Below are positions 46,304 through 55,606 of a stretch of DNA of 64,000 nucleotides, piece after piece. The first letter of the stretch is position 1; the number at the start of each line of letters is the position of its first letter. Below the pieces are notes generated by a model. The model worked only from the letters and a program-made list of their open reading frames with translations, was not told the DNA's origin and did no database searches. Origin of the DNA: Isosphaeraceae bacterium (GTDB lineage Bacteria > Planctomycetota > Planctomycetia > Isosphaerales > Isosphaeraceae); assembly GCA_965201075.1 (NCBI GenBank), contig CBDAVP010000015.1, forward strand, positions 124,001-188,000. The letters are read 5' to 3'. A program made the translations under genes and the position numbers.

Positions 46304-47509
46304 TCAAAGGTCGCTGGGAGGTTGCTGGCGCGATCTTCGTGGCCGGGGCGTTGGTTTTCGCGGGCGAGGGCGGGGCTCGGGTCGCGAATGTGTCAGGTGG
46401 CCGTCGGCGGGGGGAGGGGTTGGGACCTGATGAAACGGCAATATTGTTACCCGTACCCGAGGCCCGCCGTCACGGTGGACCTGGTCGTCCTCGCCACTGG
46501 GGGCGTCGGTGGGCCTCACCTTTTGCTGGTGAAGCGGAGGGAGGAGCCGTTCGCCGGCCGTTGGGCGTTGCCGGGCGGTTTCCTGGAGGTTGACGAGAGG
46601 AGCGAGGTCGGCGCGCTGCGGGAACTGCGGGAGGAGACCGGGTTGGCCCTGGACGTCGGGATCGAGCCGCTGGGATTTTTTGACGCCCCCGGTCGAGATC
46701 CCCGAGGACGGACCATCAGCCTGGCGTTCGTCGGGGTCGTGTCGTCCGGGGGAATCTTGCCCGAAGTCCTCGGGGGAGACGACGCGAAGGAGGCCCGCTG
46801 GTGGCCGGTCGGCGAGGTTGGCCCCCTGGCGTTCGATCATGACGCGATCGTGTCCCAGGGGTTGGAATGGCTCGGCCGACGCGGAGGCGGCGGTTGATGG
46901 GGTCCGACGAGGCAGGCGGGGAGAAGCGGCCTGGAGTTGGCGGAAAAGGGCGGTTTCCTCGCGGCGTAGGGCGGTTCTGGCGGGCGTGTCGGGGCCCAGG
47001 CCGTCGCGGGCGGCCTGTCGCTGGATGGCGTCGAGGCTTCGGTAGGACTCCCGCCGGGCCCGGAGGCGGTCAAGCTCGGCCTGGACGGCAACGCGAATCG
47101 CCTCGACGGGGTCGACATTGGGGTCGGGATCGAGCGGCGTGACCCCTGAGTGCAGCTCGCGGGGGAAGGCCAGGAGGTCGAGAGCCTCCTTGCGCTGGGC
47201 GGCCGTCCATCGTCCGGCCTCGGCGTGGACCTCGGCGAGCTGTAGCCAGCGGTCGATGAGGAGTTCGCAACCGTGGAACGATTGGCGAAGCTGGACCAGG
47301 GTGACGATCGGCTTGCGGGCGAGGCCGGCGGCGAGGGTCTCGACCTCGGCGCGACGGTCGGCGTCCCAGTGGTGGAGGGCGCGTTCGGCTTGCTGGGCGA
47401 TCAGGGCGTCCTCGCGACGATGGCACTCGCTGATCCGGGCCGCCAACTCGGCGACCTCGGCGCTGGGCCAGCCGGTAGGGGCGGGGCGGGGGTCTGGGGG
47501 GTAGGACAT
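46304..47509 (-). CDS. Hypothetical helical protein; 3' part overlaps the NUDIX gene antisense (possibly degenerate)
   Basis: GGCGAAAC precedes ATG 47509; first ~195 aa read like a real helical protein (WDADRRAEVE, GCELLIDRW); remainder is antisense to NUDIX. Confidence 0.5.
   Translation of the reverse strand: MSYPPDPRPAPTGWPSAEVAELAARISECHRREDALIAQQAERALHHWDADRRAEVETLAAGLARKPIVTLVQLRQSFHGCELLIDRWLQLAEVHAEAGRWTAAQRKEALDLLAFPRELHSGVTPLDPDPNVDPVEAIRVAVQAELDRLRARRESYRSLDAIQRQAARDGLGPDTPARTALRREETALFRQLQAASPRLPRRTPSTAASASAEPFQPLGHDRVMIERQGANLADRPPAGLLRVVSPEDFGQDSPGRHDPDERQADGPSSGISTGGVKKSQRLDPDVQGQPGLLPQFPQRADLAPLVNLQETARQRPTAGERLLPPLHQQKVRPTDAPSGEDDQVHRDGGPRVRVTILPFHQVPTPPPADGHLTHSRPEPRPRPRKPTPRPRRSRQQPPSDL
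46430..46897 (+). CDS. NUDIX hydrolase
   Basis: YPYPRPAVTVD, WALPGGF, Nudix box ALRELREETG, RDPRGRTIS, GGDDA, LAFDH. Confidence 0.92.
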   Translation: MKRQYCYPYPRPAVTVDLVVLATGGVGGPHLLLVKRREEPFAGRWALPGGFLEVDERSEVGALRELREETGLALDVGIEPLGFFDAPGRDPRGRTISLAFVGVVSSGGILPEVLGGDDAKEARWWPVGEVGPLAFDHDAIVSQGLEWLGRRGGGG

Positions 47510-47703
47510 GGGTGTTTCGCCTGCAAAAGGGTGACGTGAACTTCGGTCGAGGCCCGGGGGATCGGGCGTTCGACGAGGTGCCATTCTCACCATCGTGACC
47601 AAAGGGCGGCCCGCTCACCAATTTCCGAGAAATTTTCTGAAAAGAAATCCTTTCGGCCGGGCGGCAGGCGAAAGGATCGGGGTCAGGAGGCGGCCCAGGA
47701 GTA

Positions 47704-48975
47704 TTAGAGGACCGTAAACAGGACGAGTTGGGCGACCCGGATCATTCGAGTCCGTTCGTCGGAGGTGATGGAGCCTCGGGCGACGATGGTGTCGAGGTCT
47801 CGCAGGGTGCTGGCCATGATGAGAGCCTTGGCGGGGCCGATCTTGAGGGCGTCTCGGTGGTCGAGAAAGGTGCGCAGGACGTCGCGGATGGCGGTGGCCT
47901 CGGCGATGGCGGTGTGGTCGGGGGTGGCCGACCAGGGAGGTAGGGTGTCGGCGTTGGCGGCCCGGTTGATGAGGGTGTGGATCAGGCGGGAAATGGCTTC
48001 GAGCTTGGGATAGTCGAGGTTCTCGGGAGTGTCTTGCGGTGTGTGGTAGCGAGGGTTTTCGCCCGTACTGAAGAAGAGGAACGGGACGTGGCGGGCGCGG
48101 AAGGGGCCGTAGTCGCTGCGGTCGATGACGGTCAAATCGGCGCCAAGCTGGCCGACCTTGAGGGTGGGGAGCGTTCGCGAGGCGTCGACGATCCAGGGAC
48201 GGAGGGTTGGGGCGTGCTCGGTCCCCATGACGAAGACGTAGGGCTCGCAGACTCCACCGAGGGAGCGGCCAATCATGTCGGCGGTGACGAAGAGTTTGAC
48301 CTGGTCGAGCGGGATTGGCGGGTGCGCGGCGAAGTGACGGGAGCCGTAAAGCGCGAACTCCTCCAGGTCGAAGCCCACGAAGAGGATGCCGCGGCGGGGC
48401 CGCTCGGGGGATTGGGTGAGGCAGCGGGCGGTTTCGATCATCATGGCGACGGCCGAGGCGTTGTCGTCGGCGCCGGGGTAGAGGACGCCGTCGCGGATGC
48501 CGAGGTGGTCAAAATGGGCGCCGAGGATAATCCACTCGTTGGAGAGATTGGGGTCGGAGCCGGCCAGCTTCGCGCCGATGTTCCGGCCGACGACCGTGCC
48601 GGGCTCGTTGCCGGGGATCTCCTGAGCGAAGGAATCGCCGAAGAGGGGGTCGAGGGCGAGTTTCTTGAAGGCATCGGCAACGTAGGTGGCGGCGAGTGCC
48701 CCCCCCTTCCCTCGACGGCCGGCGTATTCGGGCGAGGCCAGGGTCTCGACGTGGGCTTTCAGACGGGGCAAGTCGGGCAGCGGAGTGGGTTCGGCGGCGG
48801 ATAGGTGGGCAGGCGTCGTCAGGACCGCCAGGATGAGGCAGGTCCACGCAGTCGGTGCAACCCAGGCTTGTGGGGGAATTTTTTGGGGCCGGGCGGCGAC
48901 GTCGACCGGATTCGTGGGGAAGACTCTCGGGTGGGTTGGAGTCCCGTCCCTACACGGAGGTGGAACGTGGCGCAT
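47704..48975 (-). CDS. M28 family peptidase (exported); start uncertain
   Basis: ILGAHFDHLG, PGADDNASA, FDLEE..LYGS, DMIG, RSDYGPF, YHTPQD. Confidence 0.85.
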   Translation of the reverse strand: MRHVPPPCRDGTPTHPRVFPTNPVDVAARPQKIPPQAWVAPTAWTCLILAVLTTPAHLSAAEPTPLPDLPRLKAHVETLASPEYAGRRGKGGALAATYVADAFKKLALDPLFGDSFAQEIPGNEPGTVVGRNIGAKLAGSDPNLSNEWIILGAHFDHLGIRDGVLYPGADDNASAVAMMIETARCLTQSPERPRRGILFVGFDLEEFALYGSRHFAAHPPIPLDQVKLFVTADMIGRSLGGVCEPYVFVMGTEHAPTLRPWIVDASRTLPTLKVGQLGADLTVIDRSDYGPFRARHVPFLFFSTGENPRYHTPQDTPENLDYPKLEAISRLIHTLINRAANADTLPPWSATPDHTAIAEATAIRDVLRTFLDHRDALKIGPAKALIMASTLRDLDTIVARGSITSDERTRMIRVAQLVLFTVL

Positions 48976-49311
48976 CGTACGTTGTTCAAGGCTCTTCTGG
49001 TGCTGGGCGGCCTCGTCGGCCTGTGGTCGGGCGGTTCTTCTACGGCCCAGGCCCAGGATTGGACCGATTTCTACCACTGGCCCTATACCCCGCCGCAGAC
49101 CCCGGGCAATGGGTTTGAGAACAAGCAGTTGTATGACCGGTGGTACCTGTACCCCCGGGAGCAGCGCATCGTCCCGCAGATTCAGGGGCCGTACTACCGA
49201 AATTTCTATGGCGGCAGCCGGATTTTCGGGCAGCGACACCCCAATAACTTCCACGGGCTGAACAAGATGAAGTTCTACACCGGGTATCACCACACACTCG
49301 ACGTCTTTTGA
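48967..49311 (+). CDS. Small exported aromatic-rich protein
   Basis: GGAGGT RBS, GTG start, signal peptide ending AQA, Tyr/Trp/Phe/Pro-rich mature part ending GYHHTLDVF, followed by a hairpin. Confidence 0.75.
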   Translation: MAHRTLFKALLVLGGLVGLWSGGSSTAQAQDWTDFYHWPYTPPQTPGNGFENKQLYDRWYLYPREQRIVPQIQGPYYRNFYGGSRIFGQRHPNNFHGLNKMKFYTGYHHTLDVF

Positions 49312-49325
49312 TCGCAACGGTTCGG

Positions 49326-49355
49326 AAGCCCGGCGACGGGGTGGTCGCCGGGCTT
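49326..49355. terminator. Perfect 12-bp stem-loop between convergent genes (terminator-like)
   Basis: AAGCCCGGCGAC-ggggtg-GTCGCCGGGCTT just after the stop at 49311; U-tract is weak. Confidence 0.55.
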
Positions 49356-49440
49356 GGGGCTTGTCAGGGGCGGATTGGTGCGGTTGTGGCAGGATCGGGC
49401 GCATTGTTGATCGCTCTTCCTTGAGTTGGCGGGATGGGGA

Positions 49441-50598
49441 TCAGCCCCCAAGGGCGACTGCGTAATAGACCTCAATGGCGGCCCGGTATTGATCGAGGTC
49501 GATCCATTCGTCCTCGGTGTGGGCGAGAGCGATGTCGCCGGGGCCCAGGACGACGCAAGGCAGGCCCGCCTCGCCAAGTGGGCCGGCGTCGGTGCCGAAG
49601 GGGACTCCGCCGACCTGGATCGAGCGACCGAGAGTGGATTCGATCGCCACGCGCAGGCGGTCGAGGAACGGCGCGGACGGCTGTGGGTCGAGGGCAGGCA
49701 TTGTGACCCAGGGGGGCGCGGCTTCTCGAAATGGATCGGAACCCAGGCGATCCTCAAGGAATTGCGCGACCTGGGAGAGGCACTGGGCGGGAGTTTCCCC
49801 GGGCAAGACGCGGCGGTCGACCTCGATTGTGCAGCGGTCCGGCACAATGTTGGCGGCCTGGCCTCCCTCGATCCGTCCCACGGAGAGGGTGGGAGGGCCG
49901 AGGATCGGGTGGGGTGTGGACCGGGCGAGTTCGAAGGCGTGCTCGGCCAGGGCGTCGACAACCCGGGCCATCCGGTAGATAGCGTTATCGCCAAGGTGCG
50001 GGGTTGAGCTGTGAGACGCTCGTCCGCGGGTGGTGAGCTTCCAGCGGACCGCCCCTTTGTGGCAATTCACGAGATTCAGGAGAGTGGGCTCGGCCACGAT
50101 GGCGAAGTCGGGCTTGAGGCTGGCGAGTTGCCCGGCCAGGGCGGAGGAACCCAGGTGGGTGTATTCCTCGTCGACCGTGCAGGCGAGGATGACGGAGGCC
50201 GAGCCCGCGGGCCGCTCGCGGACGAGGCGGGCGAAGGCCAGGAGCATCGCGGCGAGGCCCCCCTTGACGTCGCAGGCGCCCCGGCCGTGGAGCCGACCAT
50301 TGCGGATCTCGGCGCCGAAGGGGGGGATGGTCATGCCTTCGGCGGGCACGGTGTCCTGGTGGGCGTCGAAGAGGAGCGTGCGCGGCGGGCGTCCTGGAGC
50401 TTCGTACCAGGCCAGAAGATTGTCCCGGCCGGGGGCGACGGGCCGTCTCTCGACGCGGACGCCGAGATCGCGGAGATAGGCCTCAAGGTAGTCGGTCACC
50501 CGGCCTTCGAGCATCGTCGCGGGGTTGACCGGTCGACCCATGGGGTTGAGGCTGGGCAGGGCGACGAGGTCGGCCAGCAGGCGAATGGTGGCGTCCAA
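49441..50598 (-). CDS. M20 family amidohydrolase (ArgE/DapE-like)
   Basis: FDAHQDTVP, HGRGACDVKG, VDEE, VAEPT, HKG, GRASHSS, FGTD, AHTEDE. Confidence 0.9.
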   Translation of the reverse strand: MDATIRLLADLVALPSLNPMGRPVNPATMLEGRVTDYLEAYLRDLGVRVERRPVAPGRDNLLAWYEAPGRPPRTLLFDAHQDTVPAEGMTIPPFGAEIRNGRLHGRGACDVKGGLAAMLLAFARLVRERPAGSASVILACTVDEEYTHLGSSALAGQLASLKPDFAIVAEPTLLNLVNCHKGAVRWKLTTRGRASHSSTPHLGDNAIYRMARVVDALAEHAFELARSTPHPILGPPTLSVGRIEGGQAANIVPDRCTIEVDRRVLPGETPAQCLSQVAQFLEDRLGSDPFREAAPPWVTMPALDPQPSAPFLDRLRVAIESTLGRSIQVGGVPFGTDAGPLGEAGLPCVVLGPGDIALAHTEDEWIDLDQYRAAIEVYYAVALGG

Positions 50599-50778
50599 CG
50601 GGGCGACTCCGGCGTTGCGGGGCGATTTGGGGGGATAGGCTGATGGCCGGGCCCTCGGGGCGACGATAACCCCGGCGACGCGCGAGCGTCAATCGCGAGG
50701 GCGGCCTCGATCGCGCACGGTTCTGGACCTGGCGGGAATTGGCGGGCGGCTCGTGGGACGAACCGCGGCGGGTTGGTC

Positions 50779-50806
50779 TTGTGCACGGTTGACGGCGGTT
50801 TAGAAT
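50779..50806 (+). promoter_or_regulatory. Putative sigma70 promoter for the kamA operon
   Basis: TTGTGC-N16-TAGAAT upstream of ATG 50891; a divergent TTGACG-N18-TATCGT (minus, 50663-50692) faces the M20 gene. Confidence 0.35.
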
Positions 50807-50890
50807 CCGAACACCCTCACTGTCCCCGGGCACGCGCCGACCCTCCGGGCACGCCCGCGTCACCCTCCAGCCGTCGGGGGTCTCTTCGCG

Positions 50891-52306
50891 ATGGGCGATC
50901 GTTCCGCGAGCCCGAATCTCAGTCTAGCCGTCGTCGATCCCGTCGCGGTCGCGGGCGAGCCGCCCGACGGCGACGAACCTCCAAGTTCGCCGGTCGTCGC
51001 TTCGACCGCGCGTTCCGTTCGACATCCGGCCTGGGCCGATGTGCCCGAGGACGATTGGCGGGACTGGCGATGGCAGTCTCAGAACGCCATCCGCTTGCCG
51101 AAGCAGCTCGCGGCGCTGCTGCCGCTGTCGCCCGAGGATCGGGCGGCGATGGATGCCTTGCAGGCTGAGTACAAACTGACGATCCCGCCGTATTACTTTT
51201 CGCTGATCGACCCGGCCGACCCGTTGGACCCGATCCGCCTACAATCGTTCCCTTCACCCCTGGAAATGGCCGGCGCCGCGGGGACCGAGGAGGATGATCC
51301 GCTCGATGAGGAGAAGGATGCGCCAGTACCCGGCCTGACCCATCGGTATCCGGACCGTGCCTTACTGGTCACGACGCACGTCTGCACCATGTATTGCCGG
51401 TTCTGCACCCGCAAGCGGGCGACGATGCGACGGGGCGGGTGGGATGCGGTTTCACGAGATGATGAGCGTATGGTCGAGTACGTGCGCAATCATCCGGAGA
51501 TTCGCGACGTGATCGTCTCCGGAGGCGACCCACTGACCTTGCCCCTGACGAAGCTGGAATTTTTCTTGAAAAATCTGGCGGCGATTCCGCATGTCGACGT
51601 CGTGAGGGTGGGGACCCGAGTGCCGGTGACCTTGCCTCAGCGGCTGGACGACGATGCGTTGATTGGGGTCCTGGAGGCGGCGGGAAAGGTCTGGATTCAG
51701 ACGCACTTCAACCACCCCCGAGAAGTCACGCCCGAGGCCCGTCGCGGTTGCGATCGACTGCGAATGGCGGGGATGCCGATCAATAATCATGCCGTGCTGC
51801 TGAAGGGCGTCAACGATAGCCTGGAAACGCAACGGGAGTTGTGCCGCGCGTTGCTGCGGATCAAGGTGCGTCCGTACTACCTGTTCCACTGCGACCCGGT
51901 GACGGGCGCTGGGCATTTCCGGACGTCGATCTGGAAAGGGTTGGAGATCATCGAAGGATTGCGCGGGCATCTCTCGGGTCTGGGTGTACCGACTTACGTG
52001 GTGGATGCACCTCGGGGTGGGGGGAAAATCCCCTTGATGCCGAATTACCTGGTCTCGGCTTCCGACGAAGCGGTGGTGCTACGCAACTATGAGGGAATGT
52101 TGGTTCGCTACAACCCGAGTGGCGCGCCTGTTCGCGAGGGGCTCGCGGCGAAAACGCAGGGGGTGAGCGCCTTGCTGTCCGGCGAGGCCGAGGCTTTGAT
52201 CCCGGAGGGGAATCCGCGTCACCGTCGTCGCTCGGCCGCGGCGAGCACCAATGGCCATGTCAACGGCAATGGACGCGTCAATGGGAAGGGTGGAGCGTTG
52301 TCGTGA
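50891..52306 (+). CDS. kamA: KamA-family radical SAM enzyme, probable lysine 2,3-aminomutase
   Basis: WRDWRWQ, PGLTHRYPDR, CTMYCRFC, SGGDPL, THFNHPRE, YYLFHCD, YVVDAPRGGGKIP (PLP Lys), RNYEG. Confidence 0.9.
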   Translation: MGDRSASPNLSLAVVDPVAVAGEPPDGDEPPSSPVVASTARSVRHPAWADVPEDDWRDWRWQSQNAIRLPKQLAALLPLSPEDRAAMDALQAEYKLTIPPYYFSLIDPADPLDPIRLQSFPSPLEMAGAAGTEEDDPLDEEKDAPVPGLTHRYPDRALLVTTHVCTMYCRFCTRKRATMRRGGWDAVSRDDERMVEYVRNHPEIRDVIVSGGDPLTLPLTKLEFFLKNLAAIPHVDVVRVGTRVPVTLPQRLDDDALIGVLEAAGKVWIQTHFNHPREVTPEARRGCDRLRMAGMPINNHAVLLKGVNDSLETQRELCRALLRIKVRPYYLFHCDPVTGAGHFRTSIWKGLEIIEGLRGHLSGLGVPTYVVDAPRGGGKIPLMPNYLVSASDEAVVLRNYEGMLVRYNPSGAPVREGLAAKTQGVSALLSGEAEALIPEGNPRHRRRSAAASTNGHVNGNGRVNGKGGALS

Positions 52307-53313
52307 GGGTTGGCCTCGCCTACGACCTGTTGCCTGCGGAACGGGGCGGCGACGGCCCGGATGATCGCTTCGAGGAATTCGATAAGCCGGAGACTGTCGA
52401 GGCCCTCGCGGCGGTGATTCGCGACGAGGGGCACGAGGTCACGCTGCTGGGCAATGGCCGGTCGTTCCTGTTCGAGATGCTGGAAGACCCTCCCGACTTC
52501 GTATTTAACATTGCCGAGGGACATGGGGGCGGTCGGAGTCGGGAAGCACGCGTGCCGGCTGTTTGCGAGATGCTGGACGTGCCGTATTCGGGCTCGGACC
52601 CACTGACCCTGGCCGCTAGCCTCGATAAGGATGTCGCCAAGCGACTGGCCGGCTCGTTCGGGGTGCGGGTTCCCCACGGATTCGTCTATCGCCCCGACCC
52701 CCGCGGGTTCGTGACCGGGCCGGAATATTTGAAGGGTCCGTCGCAATTCCCGGTTATCCTGAAACCGGCGTGCGAGGGTTCGAGCAAGGGGATTCGCGGT
52801 CGCTGCCTGGCCCATTCCCGAGCGGAGGTTGCCGAGGCGTGTGCCCGACTGGCGAGAGACTACCACCAACCGGTCCTGGTCGAGGAGTTCATCGAAGGGG
52901 ACGAGGTCACCGTCGGCGTGGTGGGCAATGGCCACGATGCCGAGGTCATTGGCGCGATGCGAATCGTCCCTAGGCGGACGGATGTGCCGTTCGTTTATTC
53001 GCTGGAGGTGAAGCGGGACTGGGCCAACCGGGTCGACTACGAAGCCCCCGCGGCACTGCCCGAAATTCTGGATCACCAGATCAAGGCGACGGCCCACCTG
53101 ATCTTTCTGGCACTGGGGTGTCGGGACGTGGCGCGACTGGATTTTCGCGTCCGCGACGGCATCCCTTATTTCATCGAGGCCAACCCGTTGCCGGGCCTGG
53201 CGCCGTTGACGAGCGATCTGGTGATCCTGGCCGCAGGGCATGGGGTTGATCATGCCGAGTTGATCCGGCGGATCTTGCACGCGTCGCTGCTACGCAACGG
53301 ACTGATGACATGA
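52303..53313 (+). CDS. D-Ala-D-Ala ligase-like ATP-grasp enzyme
   Basis: VFNIAEG, YSGSDP, KPACEGSSKGI, VEEFIEG, RDVARLDFR, EANPLPGL; GTGA overlap with kamA. Confidence 0.88.
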   Translation: MRVGLAYDLLPAERGGDGPDDRFEEFDKPETVEALAAVIRDEGHEVTLLGNGRSFLFEMLEDPPDFVFNIAEGHGGGRSREARVPAVCEMLDVPYSGSDPLTLAASLDKDVAKRLAGSFGVRVPHGFVYRPDPRGFVTGPEYLKGPSQFPVILKPACEGSSKGIRGRCLAHSRAEVAEACARLARDYHQPVLVEEFIEGDEVTVGVVGNGHDAEVIGAMRIVPRRTDVPFVYSLEVKRDWANRVDYEAPAALPEILDHQIKATAHLIFLALGCRDVARLDFRVRDGIPYFIEANPLPGLAPLTSDLVILAAGHGVDHAELIRRILHASLLRNGLMT

Positions 53314-54317
53314 GCCTCGGCGCCCGACCGAGGGTGGCCGTGCTGTTCAATGAGCCGACCTTGCCGCCGGGGCATCCCGACGCGGCGTCGGAGGCGGACG
53401 TGGTGGCCGTGGCGGAGACTGTGGCCAAGGCCCTCGGGGGTCATGGATTCCTGGCAACGCTGCTGCCGGCGGGTCCACCCGTGGGAAGGTTGGTCGCGGC
53501 CCTGGAGACCGATCGGCCGGACGTGGTGTTCAACCTGATCGAGGGGTTTGGCGGGTCGAGCGGCGGCGAGGCGTATGTCACGGGGCTGCTGGAATTGCTC
53601 GGGCTCCCTTACACGGGTTGCCCTCCCGAGGCCCAGTCGCTGTGTCGCCAGAAGGGGCGGACCAAGGCCCTACTGGCGGGTTGCGGCCTTCCCACGGCGC
53701 CGTTCGTGATCCTGGAGGCGGGAGAGGTTTTGGTGCCCACGGACCTGCCGTTCCCGTTGGTGGTCAAGCCGGAAGCCGAGGATGGAAGCCTCGGGATCGA
53801 CCAGGGCAGCGTCGTGACCGATGTCGACGCTTTGAGGATGAGAGTGAAGCGTCTCCGATCCGCTTATGGCGGGAAGGTGCTGGTCGAGGCGTACTTGCCT
53901 GGCCCCGAATATAACGTTGGGGTTCTGGAGCTGCCGGTAGCGGTGGCGCTGCCGGTGGCGGAGGTGGTCTTCGAGAGTTTGCCCGGTTCCTGGCCGATCC
54001 TGACGTACGCGGCGAAGTGGTCGGCGGGCTCGGCCGAGGATCTGGCGAGCCCCGTCCGCTGCCCCGCCCTGGTTGATCCGTCGCTGGCGGATCGCCTCGC
54101 GACGTTGGCGGTGAAGGCTTTCGTGGCGACCGGGTGTCGGGACGTGGCGAGGGTGGATTTTCGGCTCGATGTCACGGGAAAGCCAATGATCCTGGAGGTG
54201 AACCCGAATCCGGACCTTGGCCCCTCGGCCGGGTGGGCGAGGGCGTTGGCCGCGTCGGGTCGAAATTATGCCGAGACGGTCGCGGCGTTGACGTCGCGGG
54301 CTCTTGGGAGGAAGTGA
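53310..54317 (+). CDS. Second D-Ala-D-Ala ligase-like ATP-grasp enzyme
   Basis: VVFNLIEG, PYTGC, KPEAEDGSLGI, VEAYLPG, YAAKW, RDVARVDFR, EVNPNP; ATGA overlap. Confidence 0.88.
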   Translation: MSLGARPRVAVLFNEPTLPPGHPDAASEADVVAVAETVAKALGGHGFLATLLPAGPPVGRLVAALETDRPDVVFNLIEGFGGSSGGEAYVTGLLELLGLPYTGCPPEAQSLCRQKGRTKALLAGCGLPTAPFVILEAGEVLVPTDLPFPLVVKPEAEDGSLGIDQGSVVTDVDALRMRVKRLRSAYGGKVLVEAYLPGPEYNVGVLELPVAVALPVAEVVFESLPGSWPILTYAAKWSAGSAEDLASPVRCPALVDPSLADRLATLAVKAFVATGCRDVARVDFRLDVTGKPMILEVNPNPDLGPSAGWARALAASGRNYAETVAALTSRALGRK

Positions 54318-54466
54318 TCAGTTTCTCCGCAGTTCTGGCGATGCGCACCGGTGAGGTTGTGGTGACCGGATCGGCGGGATTAGAGTGACGGGGTCACGAC
54401 ACCGTTGGCTTGAGGCCTAGCCCGGAAGGTCCGGGGGATGCCTCGGGCGACCCCGGAGCTTTCGCC

Positions 54467-55576
54467 ATGCGCACCGCCTGGACAGCCATCGTCTTGCTCG
54501 CGTCGAGTCTTGCGACGATCGGCGCGAGGGGTGGCGAGGTATTGAACCTGGGCGACCCCGCGCCGCCGTTGAAGGTCAAGGAGTGGGTCAAGGGGGAGAA
54601 ACTCGATGGGTTCGCGGCGGGCAAGACCTACGTCGTCGAGTTCTGGGCGACTTGGTGCGGCCCGTGCCGGGCGAGCATCCCGCACCTGACCGAGTTGGCT
54701 CACAAATACAAGGATGTGGCGTTCGTGGGAGCCGACGTCTGGGAGCACGATCTTTCGCAGGTTGAACCGTTCCTGAAGGAGATGGGCGACCAGATGGACT
54801 ATCGGGTCGCGCTTGACGACGTGCCCGAAGGGGGGACACCCAACGACGGGGCGATGGCGAAGGGTTGGATGAAGGCGGCCGAGGAGAACGGAATCCCGAC
54901 GGCGTTCGTGGTCCGCGACGGCGTTATCGCCTGGATTGGTCATCCGATGGAACTGGATGGACCTCTGGCAAAGATCGTGGCGGGGGACTGGGACGCGAAG
55001 GCGAAAGCTCCAGAACGTCTGGCCGCGAAGGCCAAGCAGCAGAAGGTTTCGAAGGTCGCCGAGCAGGTTTATCCTCCGTTTCGGGCCAAGGATTACAAGG
55101 CGACCCTTTCGGCCCTGCGCCAGACGACTTCCGACGACCCGGCGTTGGCGGAGGATTTCGACTGGTTGAAGTTCGCCTGCCTGTGCAACAGCGGCGAAAT
55201 CGACAAGGGGCTGGAACTTGGCCGCAAGCTGCTGGATCGCAACCGGGATAATCCCATGGCGATCAATCAATATTTCTGGAACGTGATCGACCCCGAGACC
55301 AAAGTGGACCCGGATCCCCGGGTCGCCCGCCTGGCTCTGGAGGCCGCTCGTCGCGCCGTGGAGTTAACCAAGGGGGAGAACGTGGCGATTTTGGACACCC
55401 TGGCCCATGCGCTTTACTGGACCGGGGACGCGGCCGAGGCGGTCGAGGTGGAAGAAAAGGCCCTCGAGCAGGTGGAGGCTCAGGTCAAGGACCCCGAGAG
55501 CCCCATCCCAGCCTCGTTTCGCGCGAGCCTGGAGCGGTTCCGCCGGGCCAAGGCGGAACAGGCCAAGCGTCGTTGA
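54467..55576 (+). CDS. Exported TlpA-family thiol-disulfide oxidoreductase with C-terminal TPR-like helices
   Basis: Signal peptide, GDPAPPL, VVEFWATWCGPC, GIPTAF, IAWIGHP, ILDTLAHA. Confidence 0.88.
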   Translation: MRTAWTAIVLLASSLATIGARGGEVLNLGDPAPPLKVKEWVKGEKLDGFAAGKTYVVEFWATWCGPCRASIPHLTELAHKYKDVAFVGADVWEHDLSQVEPFLKEMGDQMDYRVALDDVPEGGTPNDGAMAKGWMKAAEENGIPTAFVVRDGVIAWIGHPMELDGPLAKIVAGDWDAKAKAPERLAAKAKQQKVSKVAEQVYPPFRAKDYKATLSALRQTTSDDPALAEDFDWLKFACLCNSGEIDKGLELGRKLLDRNRDNPMAINQYFWNVIDPETKVDPDPRVARLALEAARRAVELTKGENVAILDTLAHALYWTGDAAEAVEVEEKALEQVEAQVKDPESPIPASFRASLERFRRAKAEQAKRR

Positions 55577-55606
55577 GGTGGTAAAGGACAGGGCGGGCGG
55601 TCGCGA

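Noticed and set aside
50891..52306. KamA as EF-P beta-lysylation enzyme EpmB
   Set aside because: Longer than typical EpmB, has the LAM-type N-terminus, no efp/epmA nearby, and is coupled to ATP-grasp genes.
52303..54317. Housekeeping ddl for peptidoglycan
   Set aside because: Both lack the N-terminal GGxSxEH motif of true Ddl and there is no mur/dcw context.
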